A DNA stretch of 64,000 bases, from assembly GCF_018977255.1 (NCBI RefSeq), contig NW_024704743.1, positions 98,644,001 through 98,708,000 on the forward strand, in the 5' to 3' direction. A program made the translations under genes and the position numbers. This DNA is from Callorhinchus milii (taxonomy: Eukaryota). Below the pieces are notes generated by a model, which saw nothing but the letters and a program-made list of their open reading frames with translations, was not told the DNA's origin and searched no databases. How positions within the stretch are numbered: position 1 is the stretch's first letter; each line of letters begins with the position of its first letter. Shown here piece after piece: positions 42,161 through 54,879 of the stretch.

Positions 42161-42916
42161 AGATTTCTAACTAAAAATATCATTTGACCTTAGGTACAAT
42201 TATTCAATACAATTTCAATACAATACAGTTGTCTGGTTTGTCATTTCAAGTTCTGTAGTTTTTGTGGACATAAACACAAGAAGACTGTTAACAACTGATT
42301 AAACAAAGCTACATAAAATTGGTAGCAAGATTGATCAACAGCAGAACATTCTTGTGCAATATTCTCAAATAGAAACTGCCATTTAGCTGTCACTGAAAAA
42401 TTATGATGTTAAGGCAATATTAGACTTTGTCATACATATAAAAAATCCTTTATTTACATACTTCATCCAAGATTGCTAATTTATGGTGAACTATTGGATG
42501 TTAAAGGGGCACAATCATACGACCAAGTGTTTGACAAACCATTGACTTGTTCACAAACATAATTCAACATAAATTGAATAAGAATCCATGATTGCATTAT
42601 GATCATGCAACCCAAATAAAATTATGCAGATTTTCTGGCTTTTTCTAGACCCAAACAAAATGTTTTTCCAAAACTGTTTCTCTTTGAAAATTTATTGCCG
42701 CTTTAACTTCATTAGAAGACTCAATAAGTCTCACTCAAAATCTGTAGAGAATCAACATTCACTGCGGAAGTGAAAAATACTGGTTGACTTTTATGCAATC
42801 AACTGCAGAGCCATGAGAATGCGATCTCTCATGCATTGTACGGTATGTATATTTCTCCATACTATTAGTAAGCCGTTAGAATATATTTAATGTGTTTTTA
42901 ACTTGTTCTGTATTTA

Positions 42917-43701
42917 GCTCAGGCTCTGGCAGCATCAACCTCCATGGTTGCTCACTACAACTCACCAAGCCAGTCAGGAACCTAGGTGTCTTGTTCGACC
43001 TTCAACTGTCTTTTCTTCCCCACATCCAAGCCATGACCCACTCTGCCTTCCCTCACCTCCGTAACATCACCCGAATCCGCCACTATCTCACCCCTCAGGC
43101 CGCTGAAACTCTTGTTCATGCCTTCATCACCTCCAGGCTCGACTATGCAAACGTCCTGCTTATCAGCCTTCCCAATTCCTCCCTCCACAGACTGCAGATA
43201 ATCCAGAACTCTGCAGCCCATGTCCTCTCCCGCACCAAACTCCACGACGCCATATCCCCCATTCTCACCCGACTCCTTGGCTCCCTATCCTTCAGAGGAT
43301 CCAGTTCAAGATCCTGGTCCTCACCTACAAAGCCCTCCATGGCCTCGCCCCACCCTACCCTGCAACCTCCTAACCTCCTACCAACCCGCCCATTCCCTAC
43401 CGCTCAGCCGGCTCTGGCCTGCTTCACGTTCCCCAACCCACCCGCCCCAACATTGGCGGGAAAGCGTTCAGCCACTCTGCCCCCAACCTCTAGAATTCCA
43501 TTCCCCAGTCACTCCGCCTCGCCCCCTCTTTAAAACTCCACCTCAAGACCCTCCTCTTCGACCATGCCATCGGTCATCCCCCTTCCCCTCCCCTTTCCTT
43601 CCCTGATCCCAGCTCGGGTCTGAAATGCTGTGCACTGTCCAGCGCCTTGGGACATCGTCCCGACATGAAAGGTGCTATACAAATGTAATCTTGTTGTTGT
43701 T
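42917..43701 (+). mobile_element. L2 LINE 3' fragment
   Basis: VRNLGVLFD...[20 protein letters not shown]...LQIIQNSAA in ORF 42892..43533, then tail ...aaatgtaatcttgttgttgtt. Confidence 0.93.
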
Positions 43702-45235
43702 CCTGTTCCCTATCTAAACTGCATCAAGAAACAATTGTTTTCCAAAAACAATACTTTCTGAGCCATAAACTGGAAACAGCAAGCATTTTCATTCCTGTAT
43801 CCAGGAAAGAGATGGGGATTCTCAATATACTTTTTTTATTTAGATCAATACAACTCACCTAGAGTAAACATTCAGCTGTCAGGGAATAACAATCATCGAT
43901 AATTGAGCCCATTTTTAAACTCACCTAAATGGAACACTAAAATGACTACCAAGCGCGCCTCCAGGCTTGAAAGAAATCCAATAGTTGGATTATATAAAGT
44001 TATGTGGTCTCTTGTTGAAGCTGAAGAAATATTAGGGTATATTACACACCATTCCATCTCTGCTTATCTTCTGCTAACTGGACTTACAAAAGAAATCAAA
44101 GTTGCCGCAGCACATAAACAATATAACCTCATTTTCCGAGTTGTATTTATTGTTCTGCGTGAGCAAGCTGAGCAAACACCCGAATAAATTATATTACTAA
44201 AAAGACAGTTAGTGTCACATTTCCTGAAGATGAACCTTGGTTTTCAATTCTTAATTGGAAAACCCTCAGTAAGAGAAGTGATTATCAGAGCAAAATGCAA
44301 ACTAATCCCCATTCTAATACTATAACTCTTTTTGGATTTTATTCAATTACTCCAAGTTTATTTGACTACAATCATATTCCAGCTAGGTCACAAAAAAATT
44401 ATTGGTTTCTGAAACTATTATAAAGTTCTCAGAGAATCACTTGGCAGCAGTCTGTTCATTTTAATTTCATTTTGTTCTTCAAAATAGAATGTTATTCATA
44501 TTACCACATTCCTTTAACGTCTATTGCAATTTGAAATAGACCATGTAAATTCTGAATAATACGACTGCCTCCTGAATTTTCATATTCAAGATAGTTCTGT
44601 TACTGAAGAGAATCAGACCAAAGAAATGGGGAACATCAATTTAATCTGAATAACATTTCACATCTCACATACTCGTGTACCAAACTAATTTTTTAGTTGT
44701 TTAAAATTCCTCTATTCATTTGCATTTCTTATCCAAGAAACTGAAGAAATATACACTAAATCGCGTAATTAAATCTCCAAATAGAAAGTCACAGAATAAC
44801 CTTTCAGCACTGCCACAGGGCCACTTAATAGCATTCTCTGTACCACCAGGGCTCAACAATCTATGTACAAACCAACTCAAGCATTTAAAAACAGTTCCAA
44901 CATGTAAGGAAAGGGATATTTAATACAAAGCTGAAGGCAAAACACTAACTCAGCCTTATGCTCTAGGACGAAAAATTAAGAGTCAGTCAGATGCATGCAG
45001 TTTATGAAAACTATCCAACCGAGTGTCAGTGCTCAGTAAAATATCATAAGTAAGCCAACATGTGAGGGTACGTGACGATATTTTTTTCAGACTTATTTGT
45101 GAAACATCCTTTTTTTAATGAAATGAAGTCATAAAATTCAAGCTGCCTATTTACGAAAGCTGCCACAAGATTTGGATAGGAGCCGGCACAGACACGATGG
45201 TCCAAATGGCCTCCTTCTGTGTTGTAGAATTCTAT

Positions 45236-45517
45236 AACAAAAACAGAGAGAGCTGGGAAAACTCAGCAGGTCAGGCAGCATCTATGGAGAAAGGAAAGTG
45301 AGTCAACGTTTCAGGTCCACGACTCTTCGTCAGAATGGACGAAAGGTCATGGACCCGAAACGTTGACTCACTTTCCTCAGAATGGACGAAGGATCGTGGA
45401 CCCAAAACGTTGACTCACTTTCCTTTCTCCATAGATGCTGCCTGACCTGCTGAGTTTTCCCAGTTCTCTCTGTTTTTGTTTCAGATTCCAGCATCTGCAG
45501 TATTTTGTGTTTTGTAC
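45236..45517. mobile_element. Penelope-type element remnant with inverted terminal repeat and hammerhead-like cores
   Basis: 96-bp inverted arms at 45236-45331 and 45385-45480 (5 mismatches), flanked by the direct repeat aattctat. Contains a CTGACGA...GAAACGTT motif. Same family as 55073-55205. The Penelope assignment is inferred from this architecture. Confidence 0.75.
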
Positions 45518-46070
45518 AATTCTATGATGATTCTAAGAACTGTATTAGAGCATTGCTATCATAATGTAATCCATTTTCCCTTCACCTCCAATCTCGATAG
45601 GCCTCCTGCTCCATAAACTTCTGTGCCTATTCATGATCTTCTCAGCCACCATTTTCTTTCTACATTTGCTGTCCAGTGACAGAATCCAAGGGAATGTTTG
45701 AGAGCCGAGCTTATCCAGTTACCAAAGAACAATTTGACTTGCTGTATTAACATTAAAAGGCTTATAGCTTTAATAACAGGTTCCGAGGTCTTTTAATCCC
45801 TTCTTAAAGGAAGGAAACTTACATTAAAGTCAAACATAATTTCCAAAAGAATTTTCACTTTATTTTTCTTTGAATGCTGAGATAAGCCTCCTACGAACAG
45901 CTGGCTTCTACTTAATAAATGCTTCAGTGGGATCATTATGCTGTACAGAAAAATCTGTGAAAAATGACAAAAATTACTTATTTAGCATTTAGAACTATAA
46001 GGCTTGGGACGACAGCTGTGGGAAAGCGTTACCTGGAGTCCAACAACTGATATTTATATATGCAAGTTTA

Positions 46071-46355
46071 TACAACAACAACCAGATTACATTTGTATAG
46101 CACCTTTCACGTCGGGAAGACATCCCAAAGCGCTGGACAGTGTACAGCATTTCAGAGGGGGCAGAGTGGCTGAAGGCTCTCCCGCCAATGGTGGGGCGGG
46201 TGGGTCGGGGGACGTGGAGCAGGCTGAGCGGAGGGAGCGGGTGGGTTGGTAGGGGGTTAGGAGTTGACAGAGATAGGGTGGGGCGAGACCATTGAGGACT
46301 TCGTATGTGAGGACCAGGATTTTGAACTGGATCCTCTGAAGAATAGGGAGCCTTA
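46071..46355 (-). mobile_element. L2 LINE 3' end (subfamily of the 42917 copy)
   Basis: Reverse complement similar to 43265-43700. Encodes [16 protein letters not shown]. Confidence 0.87.
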
Positions 46356-46562
46356 TATCTGCAAGTCCAGGTTTGTGAGCTCACATTCATATATCCAAGG
46401 ATTTGAATTCACCTTTATTGGTATCCAGAGAGGTAAGCAGATGCTGCTCAATCTCAACAACTTTAATTAGTAAAAACATAATTTAATGGGCAGGTGTATA
46501 AACTACCAGATACATTATTTTAGGTTTGCTGATATCAAATGCAACCCAAGGCTGCTGTAAAT

Positions 46563-46884
46563 ATAATAATAATAATAATAATCCTTGCATTTGATATAGC
46601 GCTTTTCACGTCGGGAGGACGTCCCAAAGCGCTTCACAGAATATACTGTAAAGTGAATTGACTGTATATTTGTGGGCGAACGCGGCAGCCAATTGCGCAC
46701 AGCAATGTCCCACAAACAGTCGTAGATTGAAAATGACCAATTTATTATTGTTTTGGGTTTTTGGAGGGATTATTATTAGGCGTGTGGAGTAAGGAAACTT
46801 GCCCAAGGTTTCGCCCTGCCTGGAATTGAACCCAGGTGTCTTGCTTGCAAAGCAAGTGCTCTAACCACTGAGCTACAGGACTCC
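46563..46884 (-). mobile_element. tRNA-SINE, full length, short subtype, young
   Basis: Intact A and B boxes, (TTA)n tail, flanked by aatata direct repeats (46559-46564 and 46889-46894). Confidence 0.94.
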
Positions 46885-47124
46885 TCAGAATATAGACTGA
46901 TATTCCCTCTCTAATGTGTTTATCTCATGAGCATCTTTTATGTAAAAGAATATTTCTCTAGCTTGACAAATTTAAAGCTTAATAAGCTATGAGTAGGAAC
47001 ATGGTGGCAATGCTCTCCCAAATGTTATACTGAGCTGTATTGCTCACCAGGAAGCTCACATTGAGATTTTGAGAGAACCTGGTGAATGGCAAATGGCCAA
47101 CCTGTGACAGGTTGGTCAACAAAT

Positions 47125-47350
47125 TGTCTTTAGCTGATTGAACTCCAGTAGTAACCCCAAAACACTCTAGGTTCTCTAGGCCAAGTCTTGGCTCTCTGAA
47201 ACCTGCAGCTAATCCTCTCTGAAATTAGCGAAGCAGAGAGCTTTCCCCTTGGGAATGTATATACATTTCATTCCAGGTACAGGGAAATTTCCATATGTTG
47301 GTAGTATGCATATGGAATTTGCAGTCTAATTTAGATATTCTTAAGCATGA
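47125..47350 (-). repeat. Family X copy
   Basis: ttagctgattgaactcc...cttggctctctgaaacctgc...ggaaatttccatatgt...gatattcttaagcatg is a reverse-strand match to 8326-8510. Confidence 0.65.
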
Positions 47351-47669
47351 GTGTGACATGTTGGGCCAAATGTCCTTCTTCTGAGCTGTAAAATTTCTAT
47401 TGGGTTGACCCCCCCAAAAAATCTATAAAATATTTTCAACACAGTATTTTTTTCACAAAACCTTCAAAATCCTACAAAATGGTTATGCTTCAGAATCTTT
47501 AGTGCCTTAGATTTGCTGACTTTACATCCACATTAAAGAAATTGACATGATAAAGTTGCGTTGGGAATTCAGAAAGAAAAAAAATGGTTGTGCTCATGTG
47601 CTATATGATTTTATCGCAACTATGAAATAGCAACAAGGCAAGTTTTTTTTTACAAATTCAGTGTGAAGT

Positions 47670-49395
47670 TAACAATAACAACTTGGATTTTTATATACAG
47701 CGCCCTCCATGCCAGACGGCGTCTCAGAGCGCTTCACAGTAACGGATGCCAGGGCCGAGCAAGGGGAAGGAAGATGACCAAAGGCGCGGTCAAAAAGAAA
47801 GGTCTTCAGCAGAGACCTGAAAATAGGAAGAGAGGGGGCGAGGCAAAAGGAGTGAGGAAGGGAGTTCCAAAGCCTTGGGGCATAGTGGCTGAAGGCACGG
47901 CTGCCAAGGGTGGGGCGGAGGACTCAGGGGAGGCCAGACCCGGAGGAACGAAGGCAACAGGCACTGTTGCGAGGAGAGAGGAGGTCAGAGAGGTAGGGGG
48001 GTGCAGAGGAGTGGAAAGATTTGAAGTCAAGGGTGAGGATCTTGAAATAAATCTTCTCTGGGACAGGCAGCCAGTGCAGTCTGACAAGGACTAGGGTAAT
48101 CGGGGAGCGGCATTTGGTGCAGATGAGAATGCAGGCGGCAGCGTTTTGAATAATCTGGATTTTATGGATAGTAGTGGAGGAGAGGCCGATGAGGAGGGTG
48201 TTTGAATAGTCCAGCCGAGAGGTGACAAAGGCATGGACCAGGGTTTCAGCGGCTTTCGGAGGGAGGTATTGCCGGAGACGGGGGATCCGTCGGAGGTGGA
48301 AGAAAGCGGTGCTGGTGAGGGACCGGATGTGGGGGAGGAAGGATAATGAGGGTCAAACCTGACGCCTAGGTTGCGTACGGTTTCGGAGAGTTTTAGGGAG
48401 AGGTCAAGGAGGTAAGAGCCGTGAGATTTTAGACGTTGATGAGAGCCAAAGAGTATGGGTGTCGTCCACATACATGTGGAAATGTACCCCATGTCTGCGA
48501 ATGACATCCCCAGAGGGAGCATGCAGATCAGAAAGAGGAGGGGGCCAAGGATGGATCTTTGGGGTACCCTGTAGGTAACCGGGTGACAGCAGGAGGAGAA
48601 GCCATTTGTGCAGATGTACTGCTGGCGGTTTGTGAGGTAGGACTCGAACCAGGCGAGTGTGGTCCCACTGAGGTGGATGACGGAGGAAAGGCAGTGGAGG
48701 AGGATGGCGTGATCGACTGTGTCGAACACCGCAGAGAGATCCAGGAGGACAAGGAGGCAGAGGGAGCCCTGGTCACAGATAGAGAGGATGTCATTTGTGA
48801 TTTTCACAAGTGTAGTCTCTATACTGTGGGCAGGGCGGAAATCGGACTGGAGGGGTTCGAAGAGGGAGTGGGAGGAGAGGTGTGCACGGAGTTGGTTGGC
48901 AACAACGCATTCTAGGATTTTTGCGAGGAAGGGCAGGTTAGAAATAGGGCAGCAGTGGCTGGGGTTTGAGGGATCTAGGGAAGGTGTTTTGAGGAGGCGT
49001 TTGATAACAGCAGTTTTGAGGGGGGCAGGGACTGATCCAGAGAAGACTCATTGATGACGTCAACTAATAGTGGACAGAGGAGGGAGAGCTGGGTGACTAG
49101 CAAGTTGGTGGGGAGGGGGTTGAGGCAGCAGGTGGTGGGTTTCATGGAGGTGGTGGTGGGTGAGAGGGAGGAGGGAGAGATGGGGAGGAAGGAATGTAGG
49201 ATGGGGGTGGTGGTAGGAGCAGATGATGGGGAGGGTGAGGGGGACAGAGAGGGCATGGTGGTGGGTGACACGAGGCAGGTGAATGAGGCTGCCTGGCAAA
49301 TGTTGTGTATTTTAGATGAAAAGAAGTCCATGACTTCCTCGCATTTGGCATTTGATATGAAGATTGAGGAGGCCTGAGGAAGGGCACGGAATGGG
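47670..49395 (-). mobile_element. L2 LINE, ~1.7 kb including the RT domain, frameshifted
   Basis: KITNDIL...LLVLLDLSAVFDTVDHAILL...WFESYLTNRQQY...VPQRSILGPLLF in ORF 48091..48807, upstream KPTTCCLNPLPT, and a 3' tail at ~47670. Confidence 0.94.
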
Positions 49396-50529
49396 TGGTG
49401 GAAAAAAGGAATTTAGTAACAGGGCTAAAGACAGAGACAGAATACTAAGCGAGAGGGAAAGAGAGAGGGAGAAAGAGGGCAAAAAGACACGATTAAATCT
49501 GTCAATTTTTTTAGTTCAAGTCTAAATTTGCAATGATTACTTTCTACAAGTTGTAAATTCTGCTGAAAAGTTAGCAAAAATTTAGATAAAGTCAAAGAAA
49601 CACAAATACAGTTATAACGGCATTGAAATACACTAAGCCTTTCCAGTGGGATATAGCAGAAAGCAGCAGAACAATATGACAGAACATCAAGTACAACACA
49701 GCAAACTGCAGGAAATAGCATTATTCCAGATTCCTCCATTTTTCATCAACATGACGAGCATTCAGGCAGTTTCAAGCTGACAGTGATAGCAATATGCTAA
49801 TGAATCTAATGAAACAGCTTTAACATGCTGAGATTTAAGCTGCAATGTGTAAGTTACTCCAAAGTACTATTTAATTGTTGCTTTGGTAATTTAGTAGGTA
49901 CTTTGAATTGCAGTTAAACACATGTAAAATGCCAGTGTTTTTCAAAATGAGTATAAAACAATAACAGTTGGTGTCTTGAGCATTGTTTCCTGAACCTAGT
50001 CAAAACAGATTATTATTCTACAGATCTTGGGAAAATGTTTATTAAAAATTAATTTTCCTCAAAATTAAAAAGTCTCAAACAACCTGATACATTATTAGAT
50101 TTGTTGATATCAAATGCAACCCAAGGTTGTTATAAATATAGATTGATATTCCTGCTTTTACACATTGATATCGTGAGCATCTTTTATGTAAAAAAAAATT
50201 CTAAAGCTTGATAAATATGGTAGAACTCAACCCAGCAGGAAAATAACAAATTTAAGGGTAGTGACCAAAAACTACAGTAGATTCGTAGGAGACCATTTCT
50301 GAAGCTTAAGATGTAATAAGACAAAGTGGTTTTAGAAGAGAATACCAGAGGTTAGGTGCATGATCTCCGAAAGCTCCATGGATAATGAAACAAAGGAAAA
50401 GTGATAGAAAACTCACCCACCAATGAAGAAATAGCAGAAAGCAGAACACCGGGACAGAACCTTAAAAGTGAATCTAGAAATGCATTTTGCATAGGTTGTC
50501 AACCTTTCTGTGAAAAAGACATCCCTGTT

Positions 50530-50875
50530 CGGTAAGTACTGGCCTGCTCCATGTTCCACGCCATGCCCACCCCACCATTGGCGACCGAACCCTCAGTTTT
50601 CTGCCCCCACCCTCTGAAACTCCATTTTCAGGGCCTTGGGATGACCTCCAGACGTGAAAGGCGCTATACAAATGTAACCTTGTTGTTCCCGAATCCCTCC
50701 GCCTCGCCCCCTCCTTCAAGTCCTGTCTCAAGATCTTTCTCTTTGACCACGCCTTCAGCCATACCCCCCACCACCCTCTTGATTCCAACCTGCAGCCCCG
50801 TGGCAAACCCTCAACTGTCAGCGTCTTGGGATGTCCTTCCAACATGAAAGGCGCACTATAAGTGTAATTTGTTAA
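50530..50875 (+). mobile_element. Two nested or adjacent L2 3' ends
   Basis: Two tails: gacctccagacgtgaaaggcgctatac at ~50645 and gtccttccaacatgaaaggcgcactata at ~50835. Confidence 0.78.
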
Positions 50876-51082
50876 TATTGTCAATGCGAAATCATGCACT
50901 GCTCCAGATGGCCAATAGATAGGATTTACTGCATTGTCAGAGGTGCTTTCCTTAACAGTAAATAAATTCTGCGAAGCACTTTTGAGTACTCCTGATATGA
51001 AAAGAGCTATAATAATGCAAGGTTTATCATTTATAATGAAATACCCAAATAATTATGGAGAAAATGTAGAAACTGAGATAAA

Positions 51083-51255
51083 AATAATCCTTGCATTTCA
51101 TATAGGACCTTATCACGTCTTCGAGATGTCTCAAAGCATGTCACAGAATATACTGTAAAGTGAATTGACTGGATATTTTGTGGGCGAAAAGCGGTAGCCA
51201 ATTGCGTACAGCAGTATCCCACAAACAGTTGTGAATTGAAGTGACCAATTTATTA
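51083..51255 (-). mobile_element. tRNA-SINE 3' part
   Basis: aataatccttgcattt...cacagaatatactgtaaagtgaattgact...cccacaaacagt. Confidence 0.85.
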
Positions 51256-53037
51256 GATAAAAAGATAAAGTAATGGAGTAGGAATAATTAATAACTAGGC
51301 ATACATTTTTAAAAAGTACTGAATATTATACTAGCTTGGATAAATTAAAACATAAAAGTACTAATCTTTTAGACCCAAAAATATGTTATTAGATACTTAT
51401 TGCAGTTAGAAAACCAGCAGCAATTTATCTGGAAACATGTACATTACATTTCTTGGTTAAGCAAATATTGCCTAAAAGATTTGCACACATTTGACCAACT
51501 ACAATATTAAGTTGCCTAAACTTGTCATTTCTTTCAGTAATTTAGTGGTTAGCTTCATTTAAAAAAAGTGTCCTTTAAGAACTGCTGATTTATAATTAGT
51601 TTTCTTTTTCTCCAAAAGCATGCTTCAGGCCAGAAGTGCCAAAAGTAGATTTTCAAATAATTCTATTAAGATAACAGGCAAAGACTCCTGATTTTGAGAT
51701 TCAAAGGCAAATTCTGCCATTTAACTAACAGTGTATCGTCATGTTCGTCACTACCAAAAAAAAAACACGTGCAGGACAGGAATTCCTTGCTATCCAAGGT
51801 CAGGTTTAGCATATCATTTGTTTTAAGATTGGTTAAAATTATCACGCTCAGGTTACCTTCTACCTTCCTTCATCAATCAATGGCCACATGGTTGAGAATA
51901 ACCTGCTCTGCCATATGTACCATCAGTTTTTCTGAAAACATTTCAACTTTTACCCTGCTGAACAACCAATTTTTCAAATGGTCACCACAACAAACAGAAC
52001 AAAAGTAAACGCAACCACACATGCTACCAATTTATTTTGAGAGCAGTACTGGGCTCTTAGGAAAGAGTTAGGAAGTATCTTTATATCTCTTGAACATTGA
52101 GATGGTCTATCTAACAAGCTATGCTTTAATTATTCCGTAATGCTCCTGCACATCTTCCAATACTTCCCATTGGTTTAACAGATGACAGCTGCTCACTTTA
52201 ACTGTTTTTTTTCTGAGGTGCATGCAGGAAAGAAACAAGATATTGTTTGTCTGACCTGCCCCCACCCCCACATCTCATCTGAATTTGGAAACAGGAAATA
52301 GTTCAGAGGAGGGAGCAGGGTCCAGAAATCTTATCCATCAGACTCTCCACCACTAACTGTTTGTGATGCTCACAATGAGTGTTTTCTGGAGCCCTGACAC
52401 CAATTGTTTTGATGATACCTTTATGGACATGTTAAAATTGGTGTATAATTAATGGATGCATAAAATGAGCAACATAGAAGGCAATTTTCTCAAGGCGAAA
52501 GAATTACATGTTACAGGCAGTTTTGGATGATATCAGTGTCTATACGGTCCTGTTATTTTTTGCATGCTGTCTTCCGAAAACATTTTTATTGAACGGTTGG
52601 CTGTTGCTTGAAGCGAGCGAATTGAGTCAGTGTACTGCATTTGTCTAGCTTTCATTTCTTTTGTTGGTGACTGATTAATTCGACGTTTGCAATCCTTAAG
52701 AAAAGCAGGTTTTCCAAATGAATTCAGTAAAGCCAGATCTGATTGTATTCGTAATGACATCTGGCGCACACAGAAACAGGTCAGACATTCTCTTCTAAGC
52801 AGCACCACAAGCGCTTTAAAACAGAAATGCTATGCTGAGGCTAAGTTAATGTTTAAAAAAACAATCTTCACTCTCATTGCTCTTGCAGATAATGAAAACA
52901 GACCATAGTAGTTTTGGAAAAGCTCAGCGTTACAATGAAATACAGAGGGACTAGTAAACTCGTCAGATCCAGTATAAAGATTTTAAAAAATGCGGATACA
53001 CACCAAATAAAAATCCCTATAGATTTAGTTTACATAC

Positions 53038-53183
53038 CTATTTTTTTGTTCCTCTCTTCACCACGATGGTGGGCAATGATTGGTGAGTAAATGAAAGGAC
53101 TCTTGGTGGTCATGTTTTGATTGAGTGTGTTCTTCACTTTTTGTGGACGCAAGTTGGATGGAAGGTTTAAGAGTTTTACAGAT
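53038..53183 (-). CDS. TRAPPC9: TRAPPC9 internal coding exon (approx. human exon 11), 146 nt
   Basis: caatag|A TCT GTA AAA...AAA ATA G|gtatg. Translates (R)[48 protein letters not shown](D). Phase is compatible with both neighbouring exons. Confidence 0.96.
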
Positions 53184-53824
53184 CTATTGAGAACAAGGGA
53201 GAAGAGAAAAAAAAGTTAAAGGAGTCTGCATTTGAAAGCCATAATCCATTATAAGCATCACATAAACCATACCTAGGTTAGGCAGTTTATTTTGCAGAAA
53301 GAACCAGAAATACTATAGGAAAACTCCAACACAAAGGTCCAAGTTTGTTGAAGGATTAAAAATCTGAATATTGATGACTTTCTGTAGGTTGTCAACCTAA
53401 TGACAGAATAAGTGTGCTCCTGACCCAAGGCCTAGCAAACAGTGGTTTCCAGCACCAGGAATTTAGCTTCATCTATGGACCTCTCCCTGATTAATAATCA
53501 TGTGGAAAGTCACTAGGTGCAACAAAACACATTCACTAAAAAAACAGAAGAGAAGGAGAAATTGCCTGCCCACCCCTCCTTAATTAACCTGTAGGATTCA
53601 AAAACACTTACTATCCAGGATTGGTCTTGCTTGCCCACTCCAAAACCTAAAACGTTCCCATGCAGCTTTTCCTTAGACCTCCCAAAACCTGCTGGTCACC
53701 AGTTCCACTAAGCTCACCCAATTTCAGACTTCCTCACCCTCAGCCATAGTCAGGTCTGAAATTCATGCCCATGATCAGGAACAATTCCCCTACCCCATCA
53801 TAAACTTTTCTAACGAGGCAACAA

Positions 53825-54795
53825 ATTAAATTGACTGTGGGAAGTCATATGATAGACATTTGGCAAAGTACCACATAAAAGATTCCTTCGCAAACTTATG
53901 TCATTGGGTATCAAAGGCAAGATGCGGGCATGGTTTTAAAATTAGCTATAAAGGAGAGGGGAGCTTGGTCAAATTGGGGAAGGAATTAAGGAAATAACCT
54001 CCGAGGTTTGGGATTTTACCTGTGTTCCTTGTACTTATTAGTATCAAGGATTTGACCCAAATGCAAGAAAGTTAAATTTGCATCTGACATGTCAGAGGAA
54101 ACTGGAATCAGAAGAGGCAGAAAAGATCTTACAAAGAGTGCCTTTATCACCTCAAGGCTGGACTATGGGAACTCTCTCCTCGCCGGCCTTCCCGGCACCT
54201 CCCTCCACAAGCTGCAGGTCATTCAGAACTCTGCAGCTCGTGTACTGTCCCGCACCAGGCTTCGGGACCACATCACTCCCACCCTCGCTCGCCTCCACTG
54301 GCTCCCCATCCCCCAGAGGATTGAATTCAAGATGCTCATCCTCGCCTACAAGGCCATTCACGGCCTTGCTCCCTCCTACCTCTCCGACCTACTATCCCCC
54401 TACTTACCTCCCCGTACCCTCCGTTCCTCTGGCTTCGGTCTGCTCCACATCCCCCGCCCCAATCGCCCTACCATCGGTGGCCGGGCCTTCAGCCTCTCAG
54501 CCCCGAGGCTCTGGAACTCTATCCCCCAGTGCCTTCGCCGCCTCCTCCCTTTCCTCCTTCAAGGCCGGTCTCAAGACCTTTCTCTTTGACCGTGCCTTCA
54601 GCTCCCCTCTCGACTCTCTCCCCCCTCCTCGCTCCCTCCCTTCCCTCACCATTTCCCCCCTGCTCGGGTCCCGACCCAACTGTCCAGCGCCTTGGGACGT
54701 CCTCCCGACGTGAAAGGCGCTCTATAAATGGAATCTTGTTGTTGTTGTTGCATGATTGGGCCTGCAAATGGACTTATGACTGGCAAATGAATGCA
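53825..54795 (+). mobile_element. Old CR1 RT fragment split by a young L2 insertion
   Basis: FGKVPHKRFLRKL..GIKG and KFASD before 54137, and KWTYDWQM after 54750, are collinear CR1 motifs. Confidence 0.65.
54138..54749 (+). mobile_element. Young L2 LINE 3' end
   Basis: [18 protein letters not shown]...[14 protein letters not shown]...[18 protein letters not shown] in ORF 54089..54589. (TTG)n tail. Confidence 0.95.
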
Positions 54796-54879
54796 AGTCT
54801 TTGCTATGGATACTTTCCCGTTTTAACTCAAAAGGCATTCTCTCCCTCTCCTCGTCAATTGTGGGGCTGCAGAGCTGGA

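Noticed and set aside
45331..45424. Repeated ~47-bp unit as a possible CRISPR-like array
   Set aside because: Only two tandem units with no unique spacers, inside a eukaryotic retroelement remnant.
46810..46884. tRNA-Ala(TGC)-like cloverleaf on the minus strand (also at 4325 and other SINE heads)
   Set aside because: It continues directly into the SINE body and tail in every copy, so it is a SINE head and not a tRNA gene.
52533..52808. 91-aa minus-strand ORF as an independent gene
   Set aside because: No recognisable homology or promoter evidence, and it is not in frame with exon 11 through the candidate acceptor. Kept only as part of the alternative-exon finding.
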